From: Lingula anatina | Lineage: Eukaryota > Animalia > Brachiopoda | Assembly: GCA_051362555.1 (NCBI GenBank) | Contig: CM120640.1 | Coordinates: 7,564,001-7,628,000 of the forward strand | DNA: 64,000 nt | Direction of reading: 5' to 3' | In this document: positions 36,359-49,067 of the stretch, in pieces | How positions within the stretch are numbered: position 1 is the first letter of the stretch | Layout of the letters: each line of letters begins with the position of its first letter | Notes under the pieces: generated by a model | The model's input: the letters and a program-made list of their open reading frames with translations, nothing else | Database searches by the model: none | What the model was told of the DNA's origin: nothing | Made by a program: the position numbers and the translations under genes

Positions 36359-38076
36359 GGGGAATAGCATGTCATTTGCTTGGAATGCATGTTTATGGAC
36401 CATGCCTGTTACAGGTTAACCCCATCCGGGTACCTCCGGGTACATGTACTGTACATCCGGGCACGCAGCCTGGACACGCTGCCAAGAAGAGAAAGTTTCT
36501 CCAAAAGCAAATTTTAATGAACTGTTGTATAATATGGCCATAAAGCTTACCAAATTAAATAATATAAATTTTTGTGTAAGACCCCTCATATTGCCTTTTC
36601 GCAAACAACTGATGATGTACTTTTGCACCAGAAATGGTTGGCTAGAAAACAGAGATAAAATTCAAACTAGTGTTGGCACAAGGAAAAACCTTAGTTTGTT
36701 AACAGGTAAATGTGTTTAGCCTATGACACGTAAGCCCCCATGATTTCCCTTCTTTACGCTGTGTTTGCCACGCTGCAGGTCGACGTGGTTACGCTTTTTA
36801 TGAGTTAATTTTGTATCTTAGCCAGGGTTGGATACAAAACTCTATTTCAAATCAATTTTTTAAATTCTATTTTGTGTCAGTATGAAAATACAATAGGCCC
36901 CTAACTATAGTCTTCTGAAATAAAAAAATTACACTTTGATGTTACATGTATTACCTTTCATGTGGTGTGCACACATTATGATCCCCATTGAAATGTGTGG
37001 GCTATGAAAAGAGGTTTCAAGTGCCGAATCTTACATCCGGAGTGGTATATTGATATTTAGATGTAAACATTTGGATGTTCTGGGTGTGTATACATAATTC
37101 GTATTCATAATTCATTAAGCCATAGTGTTAATAATTCAATAGCGTAGATTTACTGTCTGTTTTCTGTGTTTATCCTTGCAGAAATCCCTTATAGATTCTC
37201 ACAGAGAAACCATAGCTTCCGATAGGATACCTATAGAATTCACATATATTTCATACAGGATGCCTATAAAATCCCCATAGCTTTCTAAGGGATACATGTA
37301 CCTATAAATTTTGTCATCTGTAGGAATGCCCTAAAATCCCATGCAAATATTACAGGTATACTGGAATTCATTCATCTAATAAATTAATGAAATCTTTTAA
37401 ACATCGTCTTGCCACGAGTTCATTATGAAAAAAAAAAAAAAAAAAAAAAAAAAGAATATCAGACATAGATGGTCTGGCTCGTAAAGTACATGTGGACTGA
37501 TAGGGACGACATTGTTATGACTTAGGTAATCAAGACAGTTATTCTGTATATTTATGTGAGTTTTTTCCTGTAAATGCCCCCGTTACATCAGAAGTAATAA
37601 CCTGGCTTGTGTGTCTGTTAAAGGGGCTTTAGAATCCTGATTCAATAAAATCTGTCATTTAACAAGATTAATGCGAAAAAATAGTGGCAATAAGGAGTTA
37701 TCATTTTGCGTCACCGAGAGGCTTAAAATAGATCATGATTTGAAACCGATTCTGGATCGTTGTAATGTAATCAGTTTATCAAAAATGGAAAGAAATAAAT
37801 ACTGCGTTGCTAGCTGCAAAAGGTCATTGTAGATCCTAAAACTGACAGCAGGGCCCGGTTTTTCTAAAACCAATTTTCATGCCAGCATTCATGCAACGAA
37901 GTTACGAAACGAGGGAGAGACAGGCTTTGGGGAGATGATTATGTTAGCTGTGTCTGTCATAGCGCAAGCCACCAGCCTGATATTTTGCCTTATTGCCGAA
38001 ATGCCCTGATGTTTACCTACCTGTAACAGGCATGGGCCATAAACATGCATTCCAAGCAAATTACATGCTATCCCTG
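36359..38076. mobile_element. ~58-bp inverted repeat pair bounding ~1.7 kb (probable non-autonomous TIR element, or two opposed insertions)
   Basis: ATAGCATGTCATTTGCTTGGAATGCATGTTTATGGACCATGCCTGTTACAGGT at ~36364-36416 and a near-identical reverse complement at ~38019-38071. Confidence 0.55.
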
Positions 38077-41000
38077 CTATACTTACAAGCGAATACCAAC
38101 GAGTGCAGACATAAGTGTACTGCAAGATGAAGATGCTCCTATTTTATTAAATGCGACACATCCATTTTACTATCAGCATATAGTAGACCGAAACTACCCC
38201 TCCCTCCCAAGTAAAAAGACATCCAGCGTTGTCTTCAGGTGTCACATGCCACCCTTTTGCCAACGCTGGGCCAACATCGCCATTGCTTTGTTTTAAGCAG
38301 GAAAATGCCTTAATTTAGACGATCCACCGCGGGATTGCTACCCACCTTAATGTGTCGGCTTTAGGCTATGCAGTTTCATTGGTTCAAGCAATTACAATTA
38401 CGTGTCCATCAATTACTGTTTGAAATTGCCGGGCACTACATGAAAAGGATCTTAAGCTAATTCAATATTTGGTCCACACACTTAACGTCCACCGCATGGT
38501 TATTCGCTTCGTTTCCTTTGTTCTGTTATTGGTAGTGGACTATGGCGCACTGAAAGCAAATGATAAAAACAAAAAGCTTAATACCCGCCGCTACACGTAG
38601 TAAAAACAGTATCCTTACCCACTGAGGCCTAAGGTAATTGAATTAACAAGTTTTAAAATTCAACGGATATTAAACTGTTAAGGATCTCTGAAAAATGTCG
38701 GCCATATCCGACATCATATATCCCCTCCATAAGCCTAGTATAATATATTCTGAAACCACTGCTTTACATGAAATAATCTGTCTGGAGTTTTCTTTGTGGC
38801 GTAATTAAAATCCATGATTAGAATCTGCGTCTGACATGCAATTTGAGATAAAATGCCTCGTAGGGTCTGTTCATATGCCTCAAAACGTACAAGAGTGTTG
38901 AGTCTTGGAGCTATTTTCTACGTAGTTCTGATCAACCACGTCACTGAGTTCCAAGTAAAAAGACACCATGTTCTATGTGGAAAAAAGTAGTTTTCTGTAA
39001 CGTTTATTTTAGCCGAACGAACGGCTTCATCGTAAATTTGCAGTTTCACCTCGCTAAAATGCAACCTTCTTGTGGGATTATAATACCATTACATGTACCT
39101 TCAAAGTGGCGTCGAAGTACATATACATGTACAAGCCATTTAAAAAGAGAATAGGAAGATTGGTAACAACCAGAATTTTATCAATGGTCCTTTGATATCA
39201 ACGTTGTATGTTGGTTAAGACATTAAAGCTGGGACGTACATTATCACACTTACACTGGGGAATACTTTTAATCTACCTTTACAGTGAATCACTTTAAAGA
39301 TGCATTTGAAGTCACAAAAGGAGACCAACTGCCACCATATAGTTTTAAATAGTATAACTTAGGGAAATACCAATAGACATCGTTGCATTTTACCCGAAAA
39401 ATAGATATATGAACAGACTTTTCTGCCTGCTTTCTGTGCTGTATATAAACGGGCAGATAGGTAGGCCAGATAATTAGGTTGAATTTACGACCAAAAATTT
39501 GAAGAAGACGCAGTTTAAAGCTCTTTTAAGTGTATGCCTTGGTACAATGTATGGCAACTTAATTTGAGTCGCATAAGACACTAGTGTGAAACTAGATGTG
39601 GTTCATATGTATTACTGGGAATTATTGAAAGTAAGTGTTCGACTACAAAAAGTGTTTCAACCCCCAAGTTTTGATTCTTTCCGTGGGAAGCAAGTGAAGA
39701 AACGACACCAAGAAATGAAACGCCTCTGAGCAAATCAGCTGTATTTTAACGAATGCTCTATACTTCGACTATGTCCCCTATCGGCCATCAATTCATTTAC
39801 CAGTGCGGTTGATCAAAATGATTTGAAAAACAAAATCAAGTTTTTACCAGGATCGACATTGCCTGAATGCCATTGCCATATATTAGCCAAACATAAGTTT
39901 CAAAAATCGATATATATTAGCTCAAATTTCGCTTGTCTTATGGCATATTTTGTTTTCGTGATGACAAGTAGAATCTGACAACTTCGTTAAATATGTAGGA
40001 GATGGTGTATTACATTTACATGTAGACTTCGTGTCTTGCAGAGATCATCTAATCTATCGCTATCGACCGCTCTCGTGCTTTCCTGGTAATGACAATATTG
40101 TTTCAGGAATCCACTTGCCATGCAACTGTTATATCTGGCACACTCAAGTGATATTCAAACACGCACATGTTAGTAAAGTTAAACGTAATGAGGGTATGCG
40201 TATTCTGGTGGCTATGACTGTGTGGTCAACTATTTCCTATTCCTGTCTTTAACTTTCAGAAAAGCGAAACGACATGAGCGATTAGCATCTTTAAGCCAGC
40301 CGGGCAACAAGGTATATTAAAAGATTGTTCCAGGTTATCATGTCATTTGTCATAAGCATCAACACCATAACAACGGCATCCTTTGATAATTGCAACAATC
40401 TGAACTGATAACAGATAAAGAGAGCAATAAGATGGCAAAGGATTATTCCCAAAGACCACGGAACCATTTTGGTTTCTTTGAACCGAAAGAAATAGGCCGT
40501 CTAGGTTCGTTTTAAAGTGGGGAATATATTTATACAATTTTTTAATTTCCAATTACTCCTATCTTGGCTAACAAACGTTATGATTAGTGATACCTTTATA
40601 CAAGTTCTTAGTTTATGAGCACATCATAGAATTCACTCTCTTAACCACTATGTTAAAGAATAATGCTGTAATTCTGATGATTTATGTTCTGATTCGCTGA
40701 AATGTTATATGGGAATAGTCTATCAATCTAACATGATCCGCTTGTTGTGTTCCTTGCTGTCAGGCCTTAAGAAGCGGTGATCCGAAGCCAAGTACCCCAA
40801 AGATACCAGCGTCCCGACGTCTGTCCGTCTCCGCTTTCAGGAATACAATGCAGACTCTAGAAGCACGTTTAGAATTGCTTCCAAAGTAATTGATTTGCGT
40901 TGTAATTTGACTTTTCTCGTCGCTTTTAATTCGCCGAGACATCAGATTTATTGTCCTTTATTCATTTCCTGTGCCATGATTACAGGTCAAAGCCTTTTGC

Positions 41001-41456
41001 AAAAACATAATGGATTATCAAGACAAGTTAATTCGTATAGTAAACCAGTTACGGTTGGTTTTTGAAATGTCACTGCGTATAGAAACTAGATTCGACTAAA
41101 CATCGGTGTCTTCTTTGAGGGGGTTAATCAAAAACCTGATGTTTTGAGGAATTCATTATCATTGCAGACGTACATATACAACGCACACCCACTCTTTGCT
41201 TTGAAATCATATCGAGGGGCTTAGAAGAGAGAGGACAAGAATAATCACTGAAGTCACTTTAAGTTTCACGACAAATGAAATTCCGGCAATGCCTTATATG
41301 GTTGCGACAGACTACGTAACACCTCCACAGTAGGACAATTTGCCTAGAAGAAGCACACTGATTGGCGAGTTAATCAGAATGATTCGTGGTACAAATTCAC
41401 GACCAAAAGGAGGTGTAAATCTTTGCTGAAAAGAATTTGCAGCCTAAAGGAACAAA

Positions 41457-44400
41457 ATGCAGAATGCGCAAGCGAACGGACATGGCGGTGCTAAATCAAG
41501 CTGTTTGCCATTACGAATGCACGTCTTCTTCCCAACCATTATGTACTACGGTATTATCACTACTGGTGGGTTAGTGGCACTTCCGATCGGCATTATTTCG
41601 GTAAGGTAGAATCTTAGACTTATATGTAAATTACTGGGCTCATTTAGGAGGTTATGTAGTTTAAATTTGTTTTGATTTGTTTTCTGAAAATCATATTTGA
41701 TTTATTAAATTGGACTTTCAGAAACAGACTTTCATCTAACAACTTGCAGCTTTGCTTTTTATCACAGTGATACATTTCAAAGACAAATTCTCTTGTGGCA
41801 AGCTAAAGGGCATTCAAAGCTTACTTAACTGCAGTAGTTTAATTTGCTCATAAAACCAAGGATCATTTCACAATTACTTTCAAAAATGTCTCAGCATTTA
41901 TTGCATTACGTCCAATGGTTATAAGTTCTTGGACTGGAAAGAGCAGATTACAGCATATCACTATATGTTTTGAGAATGAGTGCACCATTTGATGTAGTGT
42001 TACCCTGATTTGCCAGATTATTTTGGTTCAAATCACACGTCATTTATCTGTGAGCTAATAGCAAATGTACCATGCAAAACAACATGAGGGTTCATTTTAT
42101 AAGATAACACTATGACATTAGAGCCACAGAGCATGTGCGGTTTGTTTAATCTAAAAATATGGTTTTCAGATGGAGATGCACGGCAGCTGTCTTCTGTACG
42201 GCCATGTGAAGTGGGTGAAGAACACTACATTCATTCCAATATTGGACAGACCCGTGCCTTGTCACTTTGTGGTATCTTTACAGGCGATTTCAAGCATCAT
42301 ATGGGGTATTTGTATGGCAGGATATCATACATACAGCTTGCTGATGGAACCAGAGACGACAGCGTAGGTATTTTGGGTTATCATAAGGGCATTAGGATTG
42401 GACAACTTTGATATGTACAAGAGTATAGATTTTCGGCAGCCTTGACACCGTGGTTTATTCAAAGTATTTTTAGCACGCCAATGTGCAATAAACAGTTCAC
42501 CGTGGCATAACACTTTTCGCCTCAAAACCAATTTATTCGTTCGGACTAACATCCGCATTTGAGTATTAGGTCTCAAAAAGGTTTTTCGGGCTTTCAAGAC
42601 TTTGTTCAGATTAAAAGTTATCGGTCCAGCAAGACTGGTCTATCTCTGCGGGGATTCTCGATTAAGTGCACTCAATGTAATCAGCTTAATTGTCTGGCAC
42701 GCCCTCTCCAGAAGCTACGAAAGATAATTACCCCCTAACTTCTGGAGGGGGCGGGCCAGACAATCGATTACAATGAACTTACGCGAGAATCCCCTCAGAG
42801 ACAGATCGATCCTGCTTGACCGATAACATTTAATCTGAACACAGCCTAGCTGATACTGTTAGGAGACCCCAGTGACTGCTCAGTAACAAATGAGTTATAC
42901 CGTATGTTCCGGTACCAGAGTGTTTGGTGCACACATTGAAACCAAAGCATAGTTACACACAGAAACATATATTGCTTTCAGGCCAAAACCTTAAAAATGC
43001 CATGTGGCGCTGTCCAGTAAGGTCATCTGAGGCCTTTGAATGCATGTTTTGATAAAGAGAACACGATTTACATTAGACTGGCGGCGTCAGATCCATTTGG
43101 AAGTTAGGTGTATCCATTTGTAACTTATTTCCTGTACGATTTGTTGCAAAACAAATAGAACACAATACCTCCTCTATTTAAACTACGTAATCAATTCAGT
43201 GTCCAATGCTAAGTCTAATACACTGTACCTTAAACGTGTTTGTTGTCAGGGTAACTAAAACTGAAGTGAAAGTTGTATCTATGTTGAAGCAATTACCCTT
43301 TGAGTCACTTTTGAGTTTGTTGTTTATATTGAAGGGCATGTAAGTCATTCAGCATTTGGTGTGCTAACTAAAAAGGTATTGGTATTTCTTTGAAGTTAAC
43401 ACGAGATCATACTGTTAAAAAGCATCAGATGCGCTTTTTGTATCAGCTGAAAATTTGCAACTCTGCTTATTTTTCTTGCTAGGTACATACCAGAAAATGA
43501 CATGAGCATTGGTAAAAGGTTTGATGAAGAAGTAATCTCTTAAGAAAGGGGCTTTCATTTGATGACATATTTTTGTAAAAATACCCATTTGAAATGGCTT
43601 TCCTACAAACTTTAGTGTAATCTAGTGTTCGTTACGCCTCATGCTGATTACTGCGCGAAGCATAATGTTAAATCATCTTATACCACTTCATTATGATATG
43701 CATTTACCTGAACGAACGTTTTATTGGTTTCTATACTGACGTTGAAATGTGCATACACCCTAGAAAAATCATAAATGTGACAGTAATTTCTTGTGAAATT
43801 ACGTACGTGTAGAAATCACTTACACGGCAATCTTTATTAAAAGAATTTAAATTCCTCAAGTGCAACGTACAGGAATTAAGCGTTTGAAAAACATCATTGA
43901 CGGATATGATTAATTTAATATTGTTATTGGAAACCAAAACAATAGTAAATGTTTGAAGTGTAAAAATGATAAGGCAATCATACTTTTCAAAACGTTTATG
44001 CGGAGACGTGGATATTGTCTGTTAGACCGTTTTGCTAATGGAATTTTCCTGTCAGTTTCCAATCATTTTTTAGGTGCTTAGAGAAAAACAATTAAGCCAT
44101 TTGGGTTGAAGTTGCGAAACCATTTGGGAAAAACAGGGTATTAATGCAATCTGGAGTGCTTTGAATGATAATGGCTATATCTAATTGGATTCTTTAAAGC
44201 TTAAAAAACATTTCAGCGATAATTTTTTCTTGTGCAAATGAATATTACATAAATGCTCTGGTCGATCTTAAACTTACATTTAAACCATCAGGAATTTATT
44301 AAAAAAATCACTTAAACACTTACAAAACTTTTTTACATTAAAATAGTCCCATGTCTGATGTTTGAACACAATTGGATACAGTTGAACACAACTGGACGAT

Positions 44401-47400
44401 CTTGGTTCTGTTCAGGTTGGCGCCACTCAATAAGTGGAAATCGAACTTCAAGAGACCATTCACAGAATCAGAAGGAATAGCGACGCGAGATAATTCAGTT
44501 ACTTGTGACAAAATTCTGACATGTTTTGACTACTAAACAACATTCGTTCTGTCCTTAGTAAATTTAAAAAACTTTTATACTATAAGGATTCGTTTTTAAG
44601 ATTGCTTTTCTTCTACTAGGTGTACACCGGTTGAAAGGTCACAATACATTATTTGCGTTTCCGCATTTTAGCAGAGGTAGAGATTTCATTGTTTAAAAGA
44701 TTAAGTATACTATAAAGTGCCTTTTAAATATGAACACATGGTTTCTAAGACAAGATAAGGCAGATGAAATTCAACTACTGGCTTCATAGCTGCCGCCTCT
44801 ATTTGATACCATTAGAATTTGATTTGTTTACAAGTACGTTACTCTAAACATTGGAGAGATAGAGATCTGGCAGCTCTGTTATACTTAATATTGAAGTTTC
44901 TTTCACATTGGATAAACATTTTATCATCTTGTTATAAGAGGTATTTTCTTTCTTGTTTAAAACCCTGCTATCAAAAATATGCAGTAACGTAACATCCTAT
45001 CGCAATTTGTAATCGTAACCATAATTTATAAAAATCTTGTTTTAAGGTGGTTCCCTCATGTCTGCATTTTTTGTGATCTGTGCAAATTTCGTGCTTGAGT
45101 AATTCCTTACGATAACAAATTAGAATTGTCAGCATAGACAGTTTTAAAAGAAACTGACATTAGGCATTAATAAAAATATCGAATATACGCTGTACATTTT
45201 CATAAATCAGCAGCAGTTTTTTTTTAAATTTAAACAACAGTCATTTGAAAGTTTGGTGCAAACCGTTTTCAACCTTTTAAAACTCTCTCGGTAGTCGAAA
45301 CCGTTGTCACAAATGGCTTCGTCGGAAATTTGAAACCTCGAGATTTTCTCTGGGCGAATTGTTGACCGTTGAATTGAACTTGGAAGACGGCGCAGATCGA
45401 CTTCTGAAAAGAAGCGTAGATCTACGTCATAGGGTTCGCCGACACTAACTTCAAGTGGCTGTTTAATTGTATTTCTGTGTTTGTCTTGAAACGACAACAT
45501 GTATATTTATAACATGTATTACTGTAATTTACATTTATGGCGTCATTCTGAATTATCTGGAGTGCCTTTTAACCTCGTTACGGAAAATGCGTTTTGCACA
45601 ATTTTATTTACACGTATATTTTTCATCACTTCGTAATATAGGGCACCGTGCGTATCCATAATGCATCATTTATACCTTCCGCAAAGACGTATTTTATAAT
45701 CAAAAATGACTTCAGTGCCTCTAACTGCCACGCTTCACTTTTAACTGCCACGCTTCACTGTAACCCTTGTTGATATTTAATGTTAATTGTTCTTTTTTTT
45801 CTATTAAAAGTTTACTTTGCTAGATTTTCATAGACTTGTCAGAAATGCACTTGTATGACCCTGCACTACTTTGGTGTCTTACATTTTGCTTTCTTTTGTT
45901 CTTTTCAGTACCGTCTTGAAGCAATTGTGTTTCTCCGTTATCAACATACCTACTTCACTTTTGATGCTGGTGGCAGCTTGCGTCACTAGTGACGGCTATC
46001 GGCATTTCTGTGCCAGTCTGATGAAGACCTCAAGAATTGAGAGGTATTTGAAAACTCATTTATTGTTCTTCCTTCAGGCAGCATTGACAGATAAATCAAT
46101 TGAAAGCTTAGAGCATCTCTATCTTGCCTCCATATCTCCCAAGAAAAGTCATCTAGTGAATCAGCCATCACAATCTGATTCCCACAATGGCCACAGGGTA
46201 CCAATACCCCTGGAGTGAAAACTATTTTTTGCAGGTTAAATAAAGATAGCCCATATCCTGGTTGTCTCATTATTGGAAAATTGAAGATACCATGTAGATA
46301 GCAATTTACCGGCATCGAATAGTTTGACCATCATGCGATGTCAGTTAACAACATGGGGCCAAAATGCTATTGAATTGAAACGCATTCTTCAAGCGTTTTC
46401 AAGACGCTCTTTTACCCGTTAGCTAGTTGTAAGATTAGAGTAAATTCCATATTGATGTGGGGTTGTTCGACATCAAACAGCTCAGAGATTAGACTTTTAA
46501 ATCTGCCATTGATTGAACTATGAATGCTCCCCGAGTTGCTATGATAGATAATCAGTCTTGTAAATTTACTTGCTAATTGACAGCATGGGAATTCCGCGAA
46601 AGTCCATTCGGTTTAGCTTCCGTCTTTGAATGGCTTAATGCGAACTCATTGCACTGTGAAACTTGCCATCTTTTTCAGATCAAAGGTACCTCAGATTACA
46701 GCTTGCACATTAGCCAGTTTTTTTTTTTTTTTTTTTTTTAAAGTTAACGAGGGGTTCGAGTTTAATGATCCTGAACCAACGTTTTGTCTATCAGCATATT
46801 CATTTGATTTCACTTCCGTCTTTGAATGGCCAGTGCGTATTCATTACATTGTACATATTTGCCGTTTATTTTGCTAAAAGGTGCCCCGGTGTACAGATTG
46901 TATTGAATCCTTTTTTTTTAGTTTACGAGGGTCTTGAGTAAATTAATTTTGAACTCACATTTTTTCTCCATGTTCAATCAGCTACTCACCGCATTGTCAA
47001 CGCCCATGAGAAATGCTATTATTATTTTGAAAATAAAAATACAAGGAGCTATTTCCCATTGTTTTCATTTTCTGTAATGATAAAATGAATGTTTCAGGTG
47101 CGCCGATGGGGAAAACGACGCATGGCGACAGAGCTGGTGGTTTAAAACACGAGAGGACAGTTTTACTCCAAAATTTGCCTATTACTACCAGATGGCAGAG
47201 GCAAGTACACTCGTTGGCAAAATTCATAAAATCATTTATCTTAGTTTTTATAATAAATATTAAGTTCAGCACTAAACCAGTAGCCAGAGGTTGAAAAGAT
47301 ACATGTATGCAAACAATCGCTTAAGACCAGACAAGGCATTTCGTGTGCCCTTGGATGGTTGCATGCTTTCCTGTTGACAACAGGAATTTGATGATATACT

Positions 47401-48391
47401 TGTATGAAGGGGGCAAAAATTACCATTGAATTCCAATATAAAGATTTCATTTTCTTAATTTCAGGCAGCAATGTGGGCCAACTTTGGACTGTGGACGATG
47501 CAGGCGCTTTTATCAACAGTGCCCATGATAATACAGCGCCGCCTTCTGGTTTCAAAACTTATAGCTGTGAGATACAAGCGGAGCATGACTGCACGAAGTT
47601 CGCTTACGGGACTGTCATCAAATCCGGGCTCACCAAGAAGAATGAGCACGATAAGTGAAGTAAATTACAAATTCTCAATACAGGTCGGTGATCTAGAAGA
47701 TATCGAGGAATTATCGTCAGATGGAGAGTTACTGGAGTTGCCCGCCATTTCTAAACGTGACTACAGCGATTCAGTAACCAGTGAAGATGAGGTACATCAA
47801 AGTTTGAAATCGGATCTTAAAACAAAAGAACATGAAAGTGTGTTTTCACAAGAGCAATTTCAAAAAGAACCTTGTGAATGCTCAAGAAGAAAAGCAGGGT
47901 TTTTATATTGCAACACGTCAACTACACTGGTCAGCATGGATGGCTCGCTGCCGGTGGAAGTCAACTCAGACGCTCAGCTTTCTGTCTCCTGCAGTTCTTG
48001 CAATACAAAAGATTATACGAATGAGACACACACGAGGGATGGGTCTTCCGTTAGTTCCAAGCATTCGGAAATATCTATCGACAGTGAGAAAGAAAAAATT
48101 AACAATGTAATTTGTGCGAGTGGTAATATTGAACAGATCGAAAATTGCAGTCACTTCTCAAATACGTTTCCATCAATCTCGGAACGAATGACTAAAAGTG
48201 TGGTTGAATTCACGATTGGTGAGGATGGTGAACAATTGCAAAACGCAAACGATTCACCTGAAATAAACGATATGTCCTTTGAATCGATTACAAATTGCCG
48301 CCTGTACCGCGGGGGCGACACTGACAAACCTGGGTCATGGCCCATGCCAAGAAAAGCTTATCAAAATTCAAGATTATCAGAGAAACGCTAA
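41457..48391 (+). CDS. TMEM179: TMEM179-like four-TM protein with long acidic/Ser-rich C-terminal tail, ~500 aa
   Basis: Exons 41457-41600, 42170-42363, 45909-46043, 47098-47200 and 47465-48391 (1503 nt, phases 0/2/2/0). Motifs align with the TMEM179 pattern: ..VALPIG..HGSCLLYG..W..PCHF.., AACVTSDGYRHFC..RC, FAYYYQMAEAAMWANFGLW. In-frame TAA at 41445 upstream of the ATG. Confidence 0.8.
42598..42846. mobile_element. Palindromic MITE (PIF/Harbinger-like) in TMEM179-like intron 2
   Basis: GACTTTGTTCAGATTAAAAGTTATCGGTC.. mirrored by ..GACCGATAACATTTAATCTGAACACAGCC. The arms pair along almost the full length, and the centre TAATTACCCCC resembles the 31399 family. Confidence 0.75.
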
Positions 48392-49067
48392 ACACGTCAT
48401 TCCGCTCAGTTTCTTTTCTGTAAAATGAGTTTTATACGACACAAAACAGTCATATTCTGTCACGCAATAATTACCAGACAGAATGATAAAATACTTAAAC
48501 CGTGGTTGAAAAGGAGATGTTGTATGTTTTTTACTAATCAAAGAAATGATACAACTATCTTAACACCTCGATTTACTGTTATTTCTACATATAAAGAACA
48601 CTTTAATCAAATACCCAGGGTTTGTGTTATTCATAAGCAACACAAATATGTTCAGTTTACTATATTCATCTACTGGCTAACCAGCTATCTTCTCTACTTA
48701 AATCAACTGATTAGCTACACGTCAGGTACATAAAATCACTATTTTTTTCTTTTGTTTATAACCATAAAAAATAATAATGGTTCCATTGCTTCTTTGTAGG
48801 TACTAAAAGTGCCATTCTCCCAGTGCTTCACACATTTTCTATGATAAAAATCCTGATAGTTTAGCTAATTTCTTCTTAATTTTAAATAATTTTACGGTTA
48901 CATAATTAAGTATACAATAAAGCAAATAGTTTATATCCAATATACTACACAAATAAAGAAATTGAGTCCTGAGTTTCAGTTCATTTTGCAAATTTAAATC
49001 CAAAATAATTCGGGGTTTGAAAACCAATATAATTCAACATTCACACCATTATCCTTTCCCTCATATC

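Noticed and set aside
37180-37350. Degenerate CCTATAG-type minisatellite as a functional array
   Set aside because: Too decayed; most likely the internal remnant of the element bounded by the 36359/38076 inverted repeats.
33200-41300. Additional protein-coding gene in the long interval with many short ORFs
   Set aside because: None of the ORFs shows a recognisable motif or a chain of phase-compatible exons.
46614-46945. Diverged ~196-bp tandem duplication as mutually exclusive exons of the TMEM179-like gene
   Set aside because: No consistent splice sites or open frames; the coding model is complete without them.
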